Part shown: positions 19,149 through 29,697 of the stretch, one piece after another
Position numbering within the stretch: position 1 is the stretch's first letter
Layout of the letters: every line of letters starts with the position of its first letter
Assembly: GCA_963721775.1 (NCBI GenBank)
Contig: CAVRMH010000038.1
Coordinates: 27,707 to 91,706, forward strand
Direction: 5' to 3'
DNA length: 64,000 nt
DNA from: an uncultured Actinomycetota bacterium
GTDB lineage: Bacteria > Actinomycetota > Actinomycetes > Propionibacteriales > Nocardioidaceae
The notes under the pieces: generated by a model
Told to the model about the DNA's origin: nothing
Database searches by the model: none
Seen by the model: the letters and a program-made list of their open reading frames with translations, nothing else
Program-made: the position numbers and the translations under genes

Positions 19149-20087
19149 ACGTGATGCTCACCGACGTCGACAACATCACGATCGCGTTCGACGACTCGTC
19201 GCTGACCACGCTCAAGATCGTCATCGGGGCGATCCTGTTCGGGATCGCGCTCGACACGACGCTCGAGGACTTCGCCCGCGCCCTGCGCCGCCCCGGCACG
19301 ATCGCGATCGGCGTGCTGGCGCAGTTCCTGCTGCTGCCGGCCCTCACGTTCGTGCTCACGCTGGTGCTCGACGTGCGCGGCTCGGTGGCGCTGGGCATGA
19401 TCCTGGTCGCCTGCTGCCCGCCGGGGAACGTCTCCAACATCCTCACCCACCGGGCCGGCGGCGACGTCGCGCTGTCGGTGTCGATGACCGCGGTCAGCAA
19501 CGTGCTGGCGATCTTCCTGATGCCGCTCAACATGGCGTTCTGGGGCGGGCTGCACCCCACCGGGCACAAGCTGCTCGAGGACATCGACCTCAGCGCGCTC
19601 GACATGCTCGGCGAGATCGCGTTCGTGATCGGCGTGCCGTTCGCCCTCGGCCTCACCATCGCCCGGTTCTGGCCGCGCGCCGCCGCGATCGGGCACCGCG
19701 TCGATCGGGCCGGTCTCGTTCCTCGGCGCTCGCCGCGGTGATCGTCATCGGTGTCGCGAACAACTGGTCGTCTTCGTGGACTACATCGGGATCGTGCTGG
19801 TCGCGGTGTTCCTGCACGACGCGCTGGCCCTGCTGCTCGGCTACGGCATCGGCCGGGCCACCCGGCTGCCGGCCGCGAGCATGAAGGCGATGACGTTCGA
19901 GGTCGGCATCCGCAACGCCGGGCTCGGCCTGCTGCTGGTGTTCACCTACTTCGACGGGCTCGGCGGGATGGCGCTGGTCGCCGCCTGGTGGGGCATCTGG
20001 GACATCATCGCCGGGCTCGCGGTGGCCACCGTCTGGAGGGCCCGCACCCGCACGCCGTCCGCTCCCGCCTCGGAGGTGATCGCATGA
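19145..20087 (+). CDS. Bile acid:sodium symporter (BASS) family transporter; frameshifts near 19700-19770
   Basis: AQFLLLP, CCPPGNVSN, GDVALSVSMT, FEVGIRNAGLG. Confidence 0.87.
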
Positions 20088-21047
20088 CCAGCAGAGCAGC
20101 GCGCTGCGCTCGTCGGGACCGGCGGCAACGGCTTCCTCGGCTCGTCGGTGGTGGCCGGCCTGGCCGCGGCCGGGCACGAGGTGGTCAGCGCCGACCTGCG
20201 CTTCCCCACCTCCGAGGTCGAGGGCGTCCGGCACGTGCGTGATGGACGTGACCGACGCCGCCGCCGTCGACGCCGGGATCGCCGCGGCCGCGCCCGAGGT
20301 CGTCGTACACCTGGCCTCGATCGTGACGCCCGGCAAGGACTCCTCGCGGGAGCGGGAGTACGCCGTCGACGTGGAGGGCAGCCGCCACGTCTTCGACTGC
20401 CTGCCTGGCCCACGGGGTACGCCGGGTGGTGGTGTCCTCCAGCGGGGCGGCGTACGGCTACCACGCCGACAACCCGGTGCCGCTGACCGAGGACGACCCG
20501 GTGCGCGGCAACGAGGAGTTCGCCTACAGCCACCACAAGCGGCTGGTCGAGGAGCAGCTCGCGGTGCTGCGCGAGGAGCACCCCGAGCTCGAGCAGGTGG
20601 TGCTGCGGATCGGCACCATCCTCGGCGAGCGGGTCGACAACCAGATCACCGCGCTGTTCGAGCGGCCGCGGCTGCTGCGCATCCGCGGCGCCGACTCGCC
20701 GTTCGTGTTCATCTGGGACACCGACGTGGTGGCGATCGTGCTGCGCGCGGTCACCGGCCCGGTCACCGGCATCTTCAACGTCGCCGGCGACGGCACGATG
20801 ACCGTCCCCGAGATCGCCGAGGCGCTGGGCAAGCGGACGCTGGTGGTCCCCGAGCCGGTGCTCCGCGCGGGCCTGGCCGTGGCCAGCCGGCTGCGGCTGT
20901 CGCCGTACGGGCCGGAGCAGACGAAGTTCCTGCAGTACCGCCCGGTGCTCGACAACACGCGTCTGAAGCGCGACTTCGGGTACACCCCGACGCAGGACCA
21001 GCCGCGAGGCGTTCGACGCATGGCGGATGCGGGGCGCCATCGAGTGA
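20084..21047 (+). CDS. Extended SDR / NAD-dependent epimerase-dehydratase; frameshifts
   Basis: TGGNGFLG, VVHLAS, VSSSGAAYG, YSHHK (YxxxK), FNVAGDG. Confidence 0.82.
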
Positions 21048-21107
21048 CGATTTCCGGACGCCGCGCCGGTCTATCCTGACCAGACCGACTTCCCCGGGAG
21101 GATGACC

Positions 21108-22063
21108 ATGCGAGCGATCTGGAAGGGCGCGGTGTCGTTCGGACTGGTGTCCGTGCCCGTCAAGCTCTACTCCGCGACCGAGAGCCACGACGTGTCGTTC
21201 CGGCAGGTGCACGCCAAGGACGGCGGCCGGATCAAGTACCAGCGGGTGTGCTCGATCGACGGCGAGGAGGTCGCGTACGCCGACATCGCCAAGGGCTACG
21301 AGACCGAGGACGGCGAGATGGTCATCCTGTCCGACGAGGACATGGCCGAGCTGCCGGTGACCTCGTCGCGCGAGATCGCCGTGGAGAAGTTCGTGCCCAG
21401 CGACCAGATCGACCCGATGCTGTTCGAGAAGAGCTACTACCTCGAGCCGGAGAAGTCCGGGGCCAAGCCGTACGCCCTGCTCCGCCAGGCCCTCGTCGAC
21501 GCCGACCGGATGGCCGTGGTCACCGTCGCGCTGCGGCAGCGGACGACGGTCGCGGTGCTGCGGGTGCGCGACGACGTGATCGTGCTCCAGACGATGATGT
21601 GGCCCGACGAGATCCGGCAGCCCGACTTCGACGTCGAGGTCGGCGAGATCAAGGACGCCGAGGTGAAGATGGCGCACATGCTGGTCGACACCCTGGCCGG
21701 CGACTTCGACGCCAGCGAGTTCGAGGACGACTACGCCGAGGCCGTCGAGGCGCTGGTGAAGGCCAAGATCGAGGGCGGCGAGGTCAAGCGCACGCCGACC
21801 GCGACCAAGTCCTCGGGCGAGGTCGTCGACCTGCTGGCCGCGCTGCAGAAGTCCGTCGCCGCCGCCAAGGAAGCCCGCGGCGAGTCCGGCTCCGGCTCCG
21901 GCTCCGGCTCCGGGTCCGGGTCCGCCAAGTCCTCGGGCTCGGGCAAGGACGCGGACAAGGACGAGGACCGGACAAGGACGAGGACAAGGCGGCGGGTTCG
22001 GCGAAGAAGAAGCCCGCCAAGAAGACCGCCGCCAAGAAGAAGCAGACCAAGAAAGCCAGCTGA
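21108..22063 (+). CDS. ku: NHEJ DNA end-binding protein Ku with GS linker and basic tail; frameshift near 21970
   Basis: MRAIWKGAVSFGLVSVPVKLYSAT, KGYE, YYLEP, VVDLLAALQKSV, tail KKPAKKTAAKKK. Confidence 0.95.
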
Positions 22064-22067
22064 CCCA

Positions 22068-22138
22068 CCCCGCCGAACCGTGCGTTGTGGCGGCCCGAAC
22101 CGTGCGTTGTGGCGGCCCGAACCGTGCGTTGTGGCGGC
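22068..22138 (+). repeat. 22-bp tandem array (3 perfect copies of CCGAACCGTGCGTTGTGGCGGC)
   Basis: Units at 22073, 22095 and 22117, preceded by CCCCG. Confidence 0.95.
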
Positions 22139-23032
22139 TAGGCCGACCGGGACCGCCCGGAGCCGGCACCCCGCGCAGCGGCGGAGTCAGGGAAGCGCCG
22201 GTCCACCAGCGAGAACAGCGCGTCGGACAGCCGGGGCGCCACCAGGTTGAGCACCTCCGCCACTGACCCGGGCAGGGTGTCCACCGTGACCGGCCGGTCC
22301 TCCAGCGCGCGCACGACCTTCGCGGCCGCCTGCTCGGGCGTGGCCGCACGGAGTCCGGCGTACGCCTCGGTCGGTGCCACCATCGGTGTCCGCACCAGCG
22401 AGAGCCGGATGTTCGTGAACGTCACGTTGTCGGCGTACGCCTCACGACCGGCGATCCGGGAGAACGTGTCGAGCGCCGTCTTGGAGGAGATGTACGCCGC
22501 GAACTTCGGGGCCTTCACCTGCACGCCCCAGGTCACGATGTTCACCACGTGCCCGAACCGCTGCGCCCGCATCGCCGGCAGCAGGCCCATCGTCAGCCGC
22601 ACCGGCCCGAAGAAGTTCACCGCCATGCTCCGCTCGAAGTCGTGCACCCGGTCGTAGGACAGGGCCAGCGACCGCCGGATCGACCGGCCGGCGTTGTTGA
22701 CGAGGTAGTCCACGCGCGCCGTGCTCCTCCAGCACGGCCCGCACCAGGGCGTCGGTCGAGTCAGCGTCGGCGAGGTCAACGACGTACGACGTCGCGCGGC
22801 CGCCCTCCGCCTCGATCTCGCGGACCACACGGTCCAGCTCGTCGCGGCGGCGGGCGGCCAGCAGCACGACCGCGCCACAGCGCCCGAGCGCCTTCGCGGT
22901 GGCCTCGCCGATGCCGGAGGAGGCACCCGTCACGAGCACGGTCCGGCCGGCCAGCGGGCTCGAGTCGTCCCCCCGCGCACGGCGTACGGCGCGGGCCAGG
23001 CGCGACCTCGGGGTCCACAGCAGCAGGCTCAT
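22138..23032 (-). CDS. SDR family oxidoreductase (fatty acyl-CoA reductase-like); frameshift near 22715
   Basis: VTGASSGIG, LVNNAGRSIRR, YISSK. Confidence 0.85.
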
Positions 23033-23067
23033 GCGACGGACGCTAGCCCAGCCGGCCGGCGACTCCC

Positions 23068-23531
23068 TCAGCAGCAGGCGGCGGAACCGGCTGGGTGTCG
23101 GCCGTCTCGTCGACCACGGCGTCGGTGCAGCAGGTGGCGTCGCCGCTCTGCTCGCCGAAGGTCGGGCTGTCGGCGAGCACCGTGTAGACCTCCCAGCGCT
23201 CGCCGTCGGGCGAGCCCTCCACCCAGAACTTGTCCTGGCGGGCGTAGCAGCAGGTGGTGTCGCGCTCGTCGACCGAGGCGAGACCGGCGGTCGCGAGCCG
23301 GGTCTGCTCGGCGTCGACGACGCCGGTGTCGGCGACCTCGACCCCGAGGTGGTTGATCGAGCCACCCTCGCCGGGGTTCTCGATGAGGACGAGCTTGAGC
23401 GGCGGCTCGGCGACGGCGAAGTTCGCGTAGCCGGGGCGGAGCTTGGCCGGCTCGGTGCCGAACAGCGTCGAGTAGAACGCGACCGACTTCTCGAGGTCGT
23501 CGACGTTGAGGGCGAGCTGGACACGGGACAT
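23068..23531 (-). CDS. cadI: ArsI/CadI family VOC (glyoxalase-like) metalloenzyme
   Basis: MSRVQLALNV, LFGTEPAK.RPGYANF, TTCCYARQDKFWV, WEVYTVL; C-terminal CC after a frameshift. Confidence 0.88.
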
Positions 23532-23552
23532 GGTGAACCTCCTGGATTGAGA

Positions 23553-23605
23553 CATTGACGTCTGTCGATGTGTCATCTTGAACAGTACATCGACATCTGT
23601 CAATA
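23553..23605. promoter_or_regulatory. Two ArsR-type operator palindromes in the divergent cadI/arsR promoter
   Basis: CATTGAC-GTCT-GTCGATG (23553-23570) and CATCGAC-ATCT-GTCAATA (23588-23605), each palindromic and inverted relative to the other. Confidence 0.7.
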
Positions 23606-23612
23606 TTCACGT

Positions 23613-23973
23613 GTGTCGAAATCTCAGCTCACCCTGACGCCCGTCGAGACCGCGGCCTGCTGCTCGCCCCTGGTGAGCGAGCCCCTCGACGCCGTACGCG
23701 CCGCGGCCATCGCCCCGCTGCTCAAGGCCCTGGCCGACCCGGTGCGACTCCGACTGCTCTCGCTGGTCGCCTCGCACGCCGACGGCGAGGCCTGCGTCTG
23801 CGACCTCAACGACGCCTTCGACCTGTCCCAGCCGACGATCAGCCACCACCTCAAGGTGCTGCACGAGGCCGGGCCTGCTGACCCGCAGCAAGCGCGGCGT
23901 CTGGGTCTACTACCGCGTCGACCGGGACGCGCTCGCCGCCCTGACCACGCTGCTCGGCGGCGTCACCCGGTGA
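23613..23973 (+). CDS. arsR: ArsR/SmtB family transcriptional repressor; frameshift near 23872
   Basis: ACCSPL, KALADPVRLRLL, EACVCDL, SQPTISHHLKVL, KRGVWVYY. Confidence 0.9.
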
Positions 23974-25061
23974 CCGCGACGACCTCCACGCCGGCGCCGG
24001 TACGTCGGCTCGGCACGCTGGATCGGTTCCTGCCGGTCTGGATCGGGCTGGCGATGGTGGCCGGGCTGCTCCTGGGCCGCGCCGTGCCCGGCCTGGACGA
24101 CGCCCTGTCCTCGATCGAGGTCGACGGCATCTCGTTGCCGATCGCGATCGGGCTGCTGGTGATGATGTACCCGGTGCTCGCCAAGGTCCGCTACGACCGG
24201 CTCGACAGCGTCACGGCCGACCGGCGGCTGCTCGTCTCCTCGCTGGTGCTCAACTGGTTGGTCGGACCGGCCCTGATGTTCACCCTGGCCTGGCTGCTGC
24301 TGCCGGACCTCCCGGCGTACCGCACCGGCCTGATCATCGTCGGCCTGGCCCGCTGCATCGCCATGGTCATCATCTGGAACGACCTCGCCTGCGGCGACCG
24401 CGAGGCGGCCGCCGTGCTGGTCGCGCTCAACTCCGTCTTCCAGGTCGTCGCGTTCGCCGGGCTCGGCTGGTTCTACCTCGAGGCGCTGCCGGGATGGCTC
24501 GGCCTCGAGACCTCCTCGCTGGACGTCAGCACGTGGCAGATCGCGAAGTCGGTGCTGATCTTCCTCGGCGTACCCCTGCTCGCGGGCTACCTCTCGCGCA
24601 CGATCGGCGAGCGCCGCCGCGGACGCGAGTGGTACGAGTCCCGCTTCCTGCCGGTCATCGGCCCCTGGGCGCTCTACGGCCTGCTGTTCACGATCGTCAT
24701 CCTGTTCGCCCTCCAGGGCGACCAGATCACCAACCACCCCCTCGACGTGGCGCGCATCGCCCTGCCTCTCCTGGCGTACTTCGCGATCATGTGGGGCGGC
24801 GGCTTCGCGCTCGGCAAGGCGCTGCGGATGACGTACGAGAAGACCACCACGCTCGCGTTCACCGCCGCCGGCAACAACTTCGAGCTCGCGATCGCGGTCG
24901 CCATCGCGACGTTCGGCGTGACCAGCGGCGAGGCCCTGGCCGGGGTGGTCGGCCCGCTCATCGAGGTGCCCGTGCTGGTCGCCCTCGTCTACGTCTCCTT
25001 GGCGCTCTACCGCCGCTACCCCCACCAGACCGCGCTCCCCACCCCGGAAGGCCGACCATGA
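23970..25061 (+). CDS. acr3: ACR3 family arsenite efflux transporter
   Basis: LDRFLPVWI, MMYPVLAKV, GLARCIAMV, GNNFELAIA, GPLIEVP. Confidence 0.95.
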   Translation: MTATTSTPAPVRRLGTLDRFLPVWIGLAMVAGLLLGRAVPGLDDALSSIEVDGISLPIAIGLLVMMYPVLAKVRYDRLDSVTADRRLLVSSLVLNWLVGPALMFTLAWLLLPDLPAYRTGLIIVGLARCIAMVIIWNDLACGDREAAAVLVALNSVFQVVAFAGLGWFYLEALPGWLGLETSSLDVSTWQIAKSVLIFLGVPLLAGYLSRTIGERRRGREWYESRFLPVIGPWALYGLLFTIVILFALQGDQITNHPLDVARIALPLLAYFAIMWGGGFALGKALRMTYEKTTTLAFTAAGNNFELAIAVAIATFGVTSGEALAGVVGPLIEVPVLVALVYVSLALYRRYPHQTALPTPEGRP

Positions 25062-25466
25062 CCGACCGTCCCACCGTCCTGTTCGTCTGCGTCCACAACG
25101 CCGGCCGCTCCCAGATGGCCGCCGGCTACCTCCAGCACCTGGCCGGCGACCGCATCGACGTACTCTCGGCCGGCTCCGCGCCGGCCGACAGCGTGAACCC
25201 CGCCGCGGTCGCCGCGATGGCCGAGGACGGCGTCGACATCACCGCCGGGTACGCCGAAGCTGCTGACCACCGACGCCGTCAAGGACTCCGACGTGGTGAT
25301 CACGATGGGCTGCGGGGACACCTGCCCGATCTTCCCGGGCAAGCGCTACGAGGACTGGGTGCTCGACGACCCGGCCGGGCAGGGCATCGAGGCGGTCCGG
25401 CCGATCCGCGACGAGATCCGGTCCCGCGTCGAGGCGCTGATCGCGGACATCGCGCCGGCCGACTGA
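25058..25466 (+). CDS. arsC: Arsenate reductase (LMW-PTP fold, thioredoxin type); frameshift near 25250
   Basis: FVCVHNAGRSQMA, TMGCGDTCP, DDPAG. Confidence 0.92.
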
Positions 25467-25492
25467 CCATCCACCTTCGCACCCACCCTTCG

Positions 25493-25586
25493 GCGCACCA
25501 CAACGCACGGTTCGGCGCACCACAACGCACGGCTCGGCGCGCCACAACGCACGGGTCGGCGCACCACAACGCACGGTTCGGCGGGG
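25493..25586 (-). repeat. 22-bp tandem array (4 copies, same family as 22068, reverse orientation)
   Basis: GCGCACCACAACGCACGGTTCG-like units at 25493, 25515, 25537 and 25559, ending GCGGGG. Confidence 0.95.
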
Positions 25587-25605
25587 CAGGGGGCCGGGAG
25601 TAGGG

Positions 25606-27037
25606 TCAGGGGCGTACGGCGGCGGCGAGGTGCCGTCCGCAGGCGGCGGCGACCGCGACGGCCAGCGCCTCGGCGGTGTCGCCGTCCTCCTCGGGCACGA
25701 TCTCGTGCACGATCCCGGCCTCGGCCAGGTCCACCGACCGCACCCGGTGCTGCTCGGCCATCTCGGCCGCGTGCGCGGTGTCGCCGTGCACGATCATGCT
25801 GGCGCCCTCCGGCGGCAGCGGCGACAGCCAGCCGTGCTCGGTGGCCACCACGGTCCGCGCCGGCCAGCAGCGCCAGCGCTCCCCCACCGCAGCCCTGGCC
25901 CAGCAGCACCGACAGCGTCGGCACCGTCATCGTGGTCATCGTGGCGATGCACCGGGCGATCTCGCCGGCGATGGCGCCCTCCTCGGCGTGCGGGGAGAGC
26001 TCGGCGCCCGGGGTGTCGATGACGGTGACCAGCGGCAGGCCGAGCTCCTCGGCGAAGCTCATCCCGCGCCGGGCCTGCCGCAGCGCGGCCGGGCCCATCG
26101 GCGTGGCGGCCGACTGGCGCGACCGGTCCTGGCCGACCACGACGCAGGGCTGGCCGTCGAGACGGGTCAGCGCCACGATCACCGCGGAGTCGCGCTCGCC
26201 CTCGGCGGTGCCCCGCAGCCGGACGGTGCGGGTGCCGCCGTACCGCAGCAGCTCGCGGATGCCGGCCCGGCCGGTCTCCCGGGTGTGCCCGATGTGCTCC
26301 CAGGCACTGGACTCCGGGTCCGGCGAGGCGGCGGGCCGGCCCGGCAGCGCCGGCGCGACCGGTGGGTCGACCAGGGTCGCCAGCGCGTTGTCGACCAGCC
26401 CGGGCAGTGCCTCGGCCGGTACGACGGCGTCGACGATCCCGTGGGCGGCGAGGTTCTCCGCAGTCTGTACGCCGTCGGGGAACGGCACCCCGTTGAGTCC
26501 CTCGTAGACCTTCGGGCCGAGGAAGCCGATCAGGGCACCCGGCTCGGCCACGGTGACGTGCGCCAGCGAGCCCCAGGAGGCGAAGACGCCGCCGGTGGTG
26601 GGATGGCGGAGGTAGACGAGGTACGGCAGCCCGGCCGCGCGGTGCGCCATCAGCACCCGCGAGATCTCGATCATCTGCACGAACGCCGGGGTGCCCTCCT
26701 GCATCCGGGTGCCGCCCGACGCGGTGGTGGCCAGCAGCGGCAGCCCCTCGGCGGTGGCCCGGCGTACGGCGGCGATGATCCGGTCCGCGGCGGCCCGGCC
26801 GATCGAGCCGGCCAGGAACCGGAACTCGTTGACCACCACCGCGACCGGCCGGCCGCGGACCAGGCCGCGCCCGGTCAGCACGGACTCGTCGACGCCCGAG
26901 CGCTCCTCGGCCCGACGCAGCTCGGCGAGGTAGGACTCGCTCGCCCCGGTCCGGTCCACGGCGGTGTCCCAGGACTCGAAGGAGCCGGGGTCGAGCACCA
27001 GGTCGAGCAGCTCGCGCGAGGTCCAGCGGTGCGTCAT
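25606..27037 (-). CDS. Fused beta/alpha acyl-CoA carboxyltransferase (AccD3-like); frameshift near 25865
   Basis: FLAGSIG, SGGTRMQEG, PTTGGVFASW, GFLGP, IDTPGA, GQGCGGGALA, LSPLPPEGAS. Confidence 0.88.
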
Positions 27038-28207
27038 GCCTCGTCCTCCAGCCAGGCCCGGATCGACCGGCCGTGCTGGTCCAGGGTGGGTGGGGCGCCG
27101 TGGTCGCGCCGGGTCACCTCGGCGCCGTCGCCGTCGAAGAACCGCAGCGGCGGCCCGGGCAGCGTGACCTGGCCCAGGGTCGGGTGCTCGACGTCGACCA
27201 GAAGACCCTGGCTCAGCGCCTGGTCCCAGGTGTAGACCTCGTCGAGGGTGCGCACCTTGCCCGGCGGGAATGCCTGCCTCGGCCAGCCTCGCCAGCAACG
27301 GCTCGGCGTCCCAGTCCGCGAAGGCGCCCTCGACCACCTCGATCACGCGCTGCCGGTTGCCGACCCGCTCGCGGTTGGTGGCCATGCCCTCGGCCACCGG
27401 GTCGAGGCCGAAGGCGTCGCAGAGCTTGCGCCACAGACCCTCGGAGCCCACCGCGATCTGCACGGAGCCGTCGCGGCAGTGGAACAGGCCGTAGGGAACG
27501 ATCGACGGGTGGTGGTTGCCCTGCGCGCGGCCGACCTCGCCGGCCACGGTCCAGCGGGTGCCCTGGAAGGCGTGCACCCCCACCACCGCGGCGAGCAGCG
27601 ACGTACGCACGACCGTGCCGAGGCCGGTGCGGTGCCGCTCGTTGAGCGCGGCGAGCACGCCGTACGCGCCGTACATCCCGGAGAGCAGGTCGGCGATCGG
27701 GACCCCGACCCGCTGCGGGTCCTCGGGCCCGGAGCCGGTCAGCGACATGAGGCCGGCCTCGCCCTGGGCGATCTGGTCGTAGCCGGCCCGGCCACCCTCC
27801 GGCCCGTCGTGCCCGAAGCCGGTGATCGAGAGCACCACCAGCCGCGGGTTGCGGGCCTGCAGCGACTCGATCCCGAGACCGAGCCGGTCGAGGACACCGG
27901 TGCGGAAGTTCTCCACGAGGACGTCGGCGCGGTCGACCAGGCGGAGCAGGGTCTCCTTGTCCGCGGCGTCCTTGAGGTCGAGGGTGATCGACTCCTTGTT
28001 GCGGTTCGTCGAGAGGAAGTACGTCGACTCGAGCGCGTCGGCGTCTCCCACGAAGGGCGGGCCCCAGCCACGGGTGTCGTCCCCGTGGCCGGGCGCCTCG
28101 ACCTTGATGACCCGGGCACCGAGGTCGCCGAGCATCATCCCCGCGTGCGGCCCGGCCAGGGCCCGCGAGAGGTCGACGACCACGATGTCCTGCAGGGGTC
28201 CCGTCAT
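27034..28207 (-). CDS. CaiB/BaiF (family III) CoA transferase; frameshift near 27265
   Basis: DLSRALAGP, LGARVIKVE, GDDTR, NRNKES, ENFR, GYDQIAQGEAG, PTLDQHG. Confidence 0.92.
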
Positions 28208-28212
28208 CCCGG

Positions 28213-29581
28213 TCACCAGCCCGGCGCGACGAGCGCCGCCCAGACCAGCAGCGGTCCGACCAGGGTCACGATCACTGCGTAGGTCAGGATCTGCTTGTAG
28301 TACTTCTGCTCGGTGATCGTCTCCGGCCGGTTGGCCAGCATCAGCGCACCGTTGGTGGAGAACGGGCTGACGTCCACGATCGTGGAGCTCACCGCGAGCG
28401 CCGCCACGAACAGCCCGGCGTTCACGCCACCGTCGGCGATCAGCGGGATCGAGATCGGGATGATCACCGGCAGCAGCGCCGTCGAGGACGCGAACGCGGA
28501 GACCACGCCGCCGACGTAGCAGAGGATCAGGGCGCCGATCGCGACCGCACCGAGGCCGGCGGCCCAGTTGCCGACGAACTCCGGGGAGCCGGCGGTGGTC
28601 AGGATCGTCGCGTAGGTGCTCACGCCGGCGACCAGCAGCACGGTCGGCCAGGCGATCTGCTTGACGGTGTCCTTGTACTCCTGCGGGGAGAGCATCGAGA
28701 GCACGACGGCCGCGGTGATCGCGACGAAGCCGATGTTCTTGTCGAAGGCCAGCGCCACGGTCGCGACGCCCACGAACGCCAGCAGGGTGAGCACCTGGTC
28801 GCGCTGGATGCCCTGCTCGGGGGCGGCCACCACGGTCCCGGTGGTCGGGCCGGCGCCGGTGCCGGAGACCGCGGAGCTGCGGTCGGGGTGGCGGGTGCCG
28901 GTCGCGGTCCGCGGCGAGCCACCGCGCACCGCTCACGCCGTCGTCGAACGCGTCCTCGTCGGGGTCGAGGCGCAGCGACATCAGCTCGCGGCCGCCGAGC
29001 ACGACGAAGAGGATCGCGGCCATCACGAGGTTCACGACCAGGCTGGCCAGGAAGACCGTCATCTCGCTGGAGGGCAGCCCGCTGTCCTCCATCACCGAGT
29101 TGGTGATGGTGCCGTAGATCGAGATCGGCGAGAAGCCGCCGGCCTGGGCGCCGTGGACCACGAACATGCCCATCATCAGCGGGTTGATCTTGTAGCGGCC
29201 GGCGAAGCCGAGCGCGATCGGCCCGATGATCGCGCAGGCGGCCGGGCTGGCCGCGCCGATCGCGGTGATCACCGCGGTGACCGCGAACATCACCCACGGG
29301 ATCAGGGCGACCCGACCGCCGACGGCCCTCACCGAACTTCGCACGATCAGGTCGACGGTGCCGTTCTGCCGGGCGATCGCGAAGAGGTACGTGACGCCGA
29401 TCAGCGTGAGGATGAGGTCGGCACTGACGCCGGCCAGGATCTCCTTCTCGTCGAGGTTCAGCGAGTACATGCCCACCAGCCACGCCGCGACGTACGCGAG
29501 CGCGCCCATGTTGATGGGCATCACCGTGCCGATGACGAAGAGGGCGACGAGCGCGAGGATCGCTACCCATTCCGGTCCCAT
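28213..29581 (-). CDS. SLC13/MatC-like dicarboxylate carrier; frameshift near 28930
   Basis: PINMGALA, GVTYLFAIA.QNGTVD, GGFSPISIYG, SAFASS, DVSPFSTNGAL. Confidence 0.85.
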
Positions 29582-29641
29582 GAGGTGTCCTTCCGGTCTG
29601 CTGCGTGACGCCCCGCCCGAGGCCTGTGACTCGCGACACGC

Positions 29642-29685
29642 TGGCTCAGTGGCCTAGCCAATAGGACAATTCCACGGACTGTCAA
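29642..29685 (-). promoter_or_regulatory. Promoter (-35 TTGACA) and FadR-type operator TGGCCTAGCCA for the carrier operon
   Basis: TGTCAA at 29680-29685; TGGC..GCCA palindrome at about 29650-29660 with a second TGGC half-site. Confidence 0.5.
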
Positions 29686-29697
29686 TACCCTTGTCCC

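Noticed and set aside
23068-25466. ars operon read as a novel system
   Set aside because: cadI/arsI-arsR-acr3-arsC is a well-known actinobacterial arrangement. Only its bracketing by repeat arrays is noteworthy.
25346-29581. 1411-aa ORF read as a transporter-CoA transferase-carboxyltransferase fusion
   Set aside because: The junction segments are out-of-frame Arg/Pro-rich text, and each gene's true C-terminus and stop are found in another frame. It is a frameshift artefact. The same applies to the apparent ArsR-Acr3, FMO-BASS and gdh-amidase fusions.
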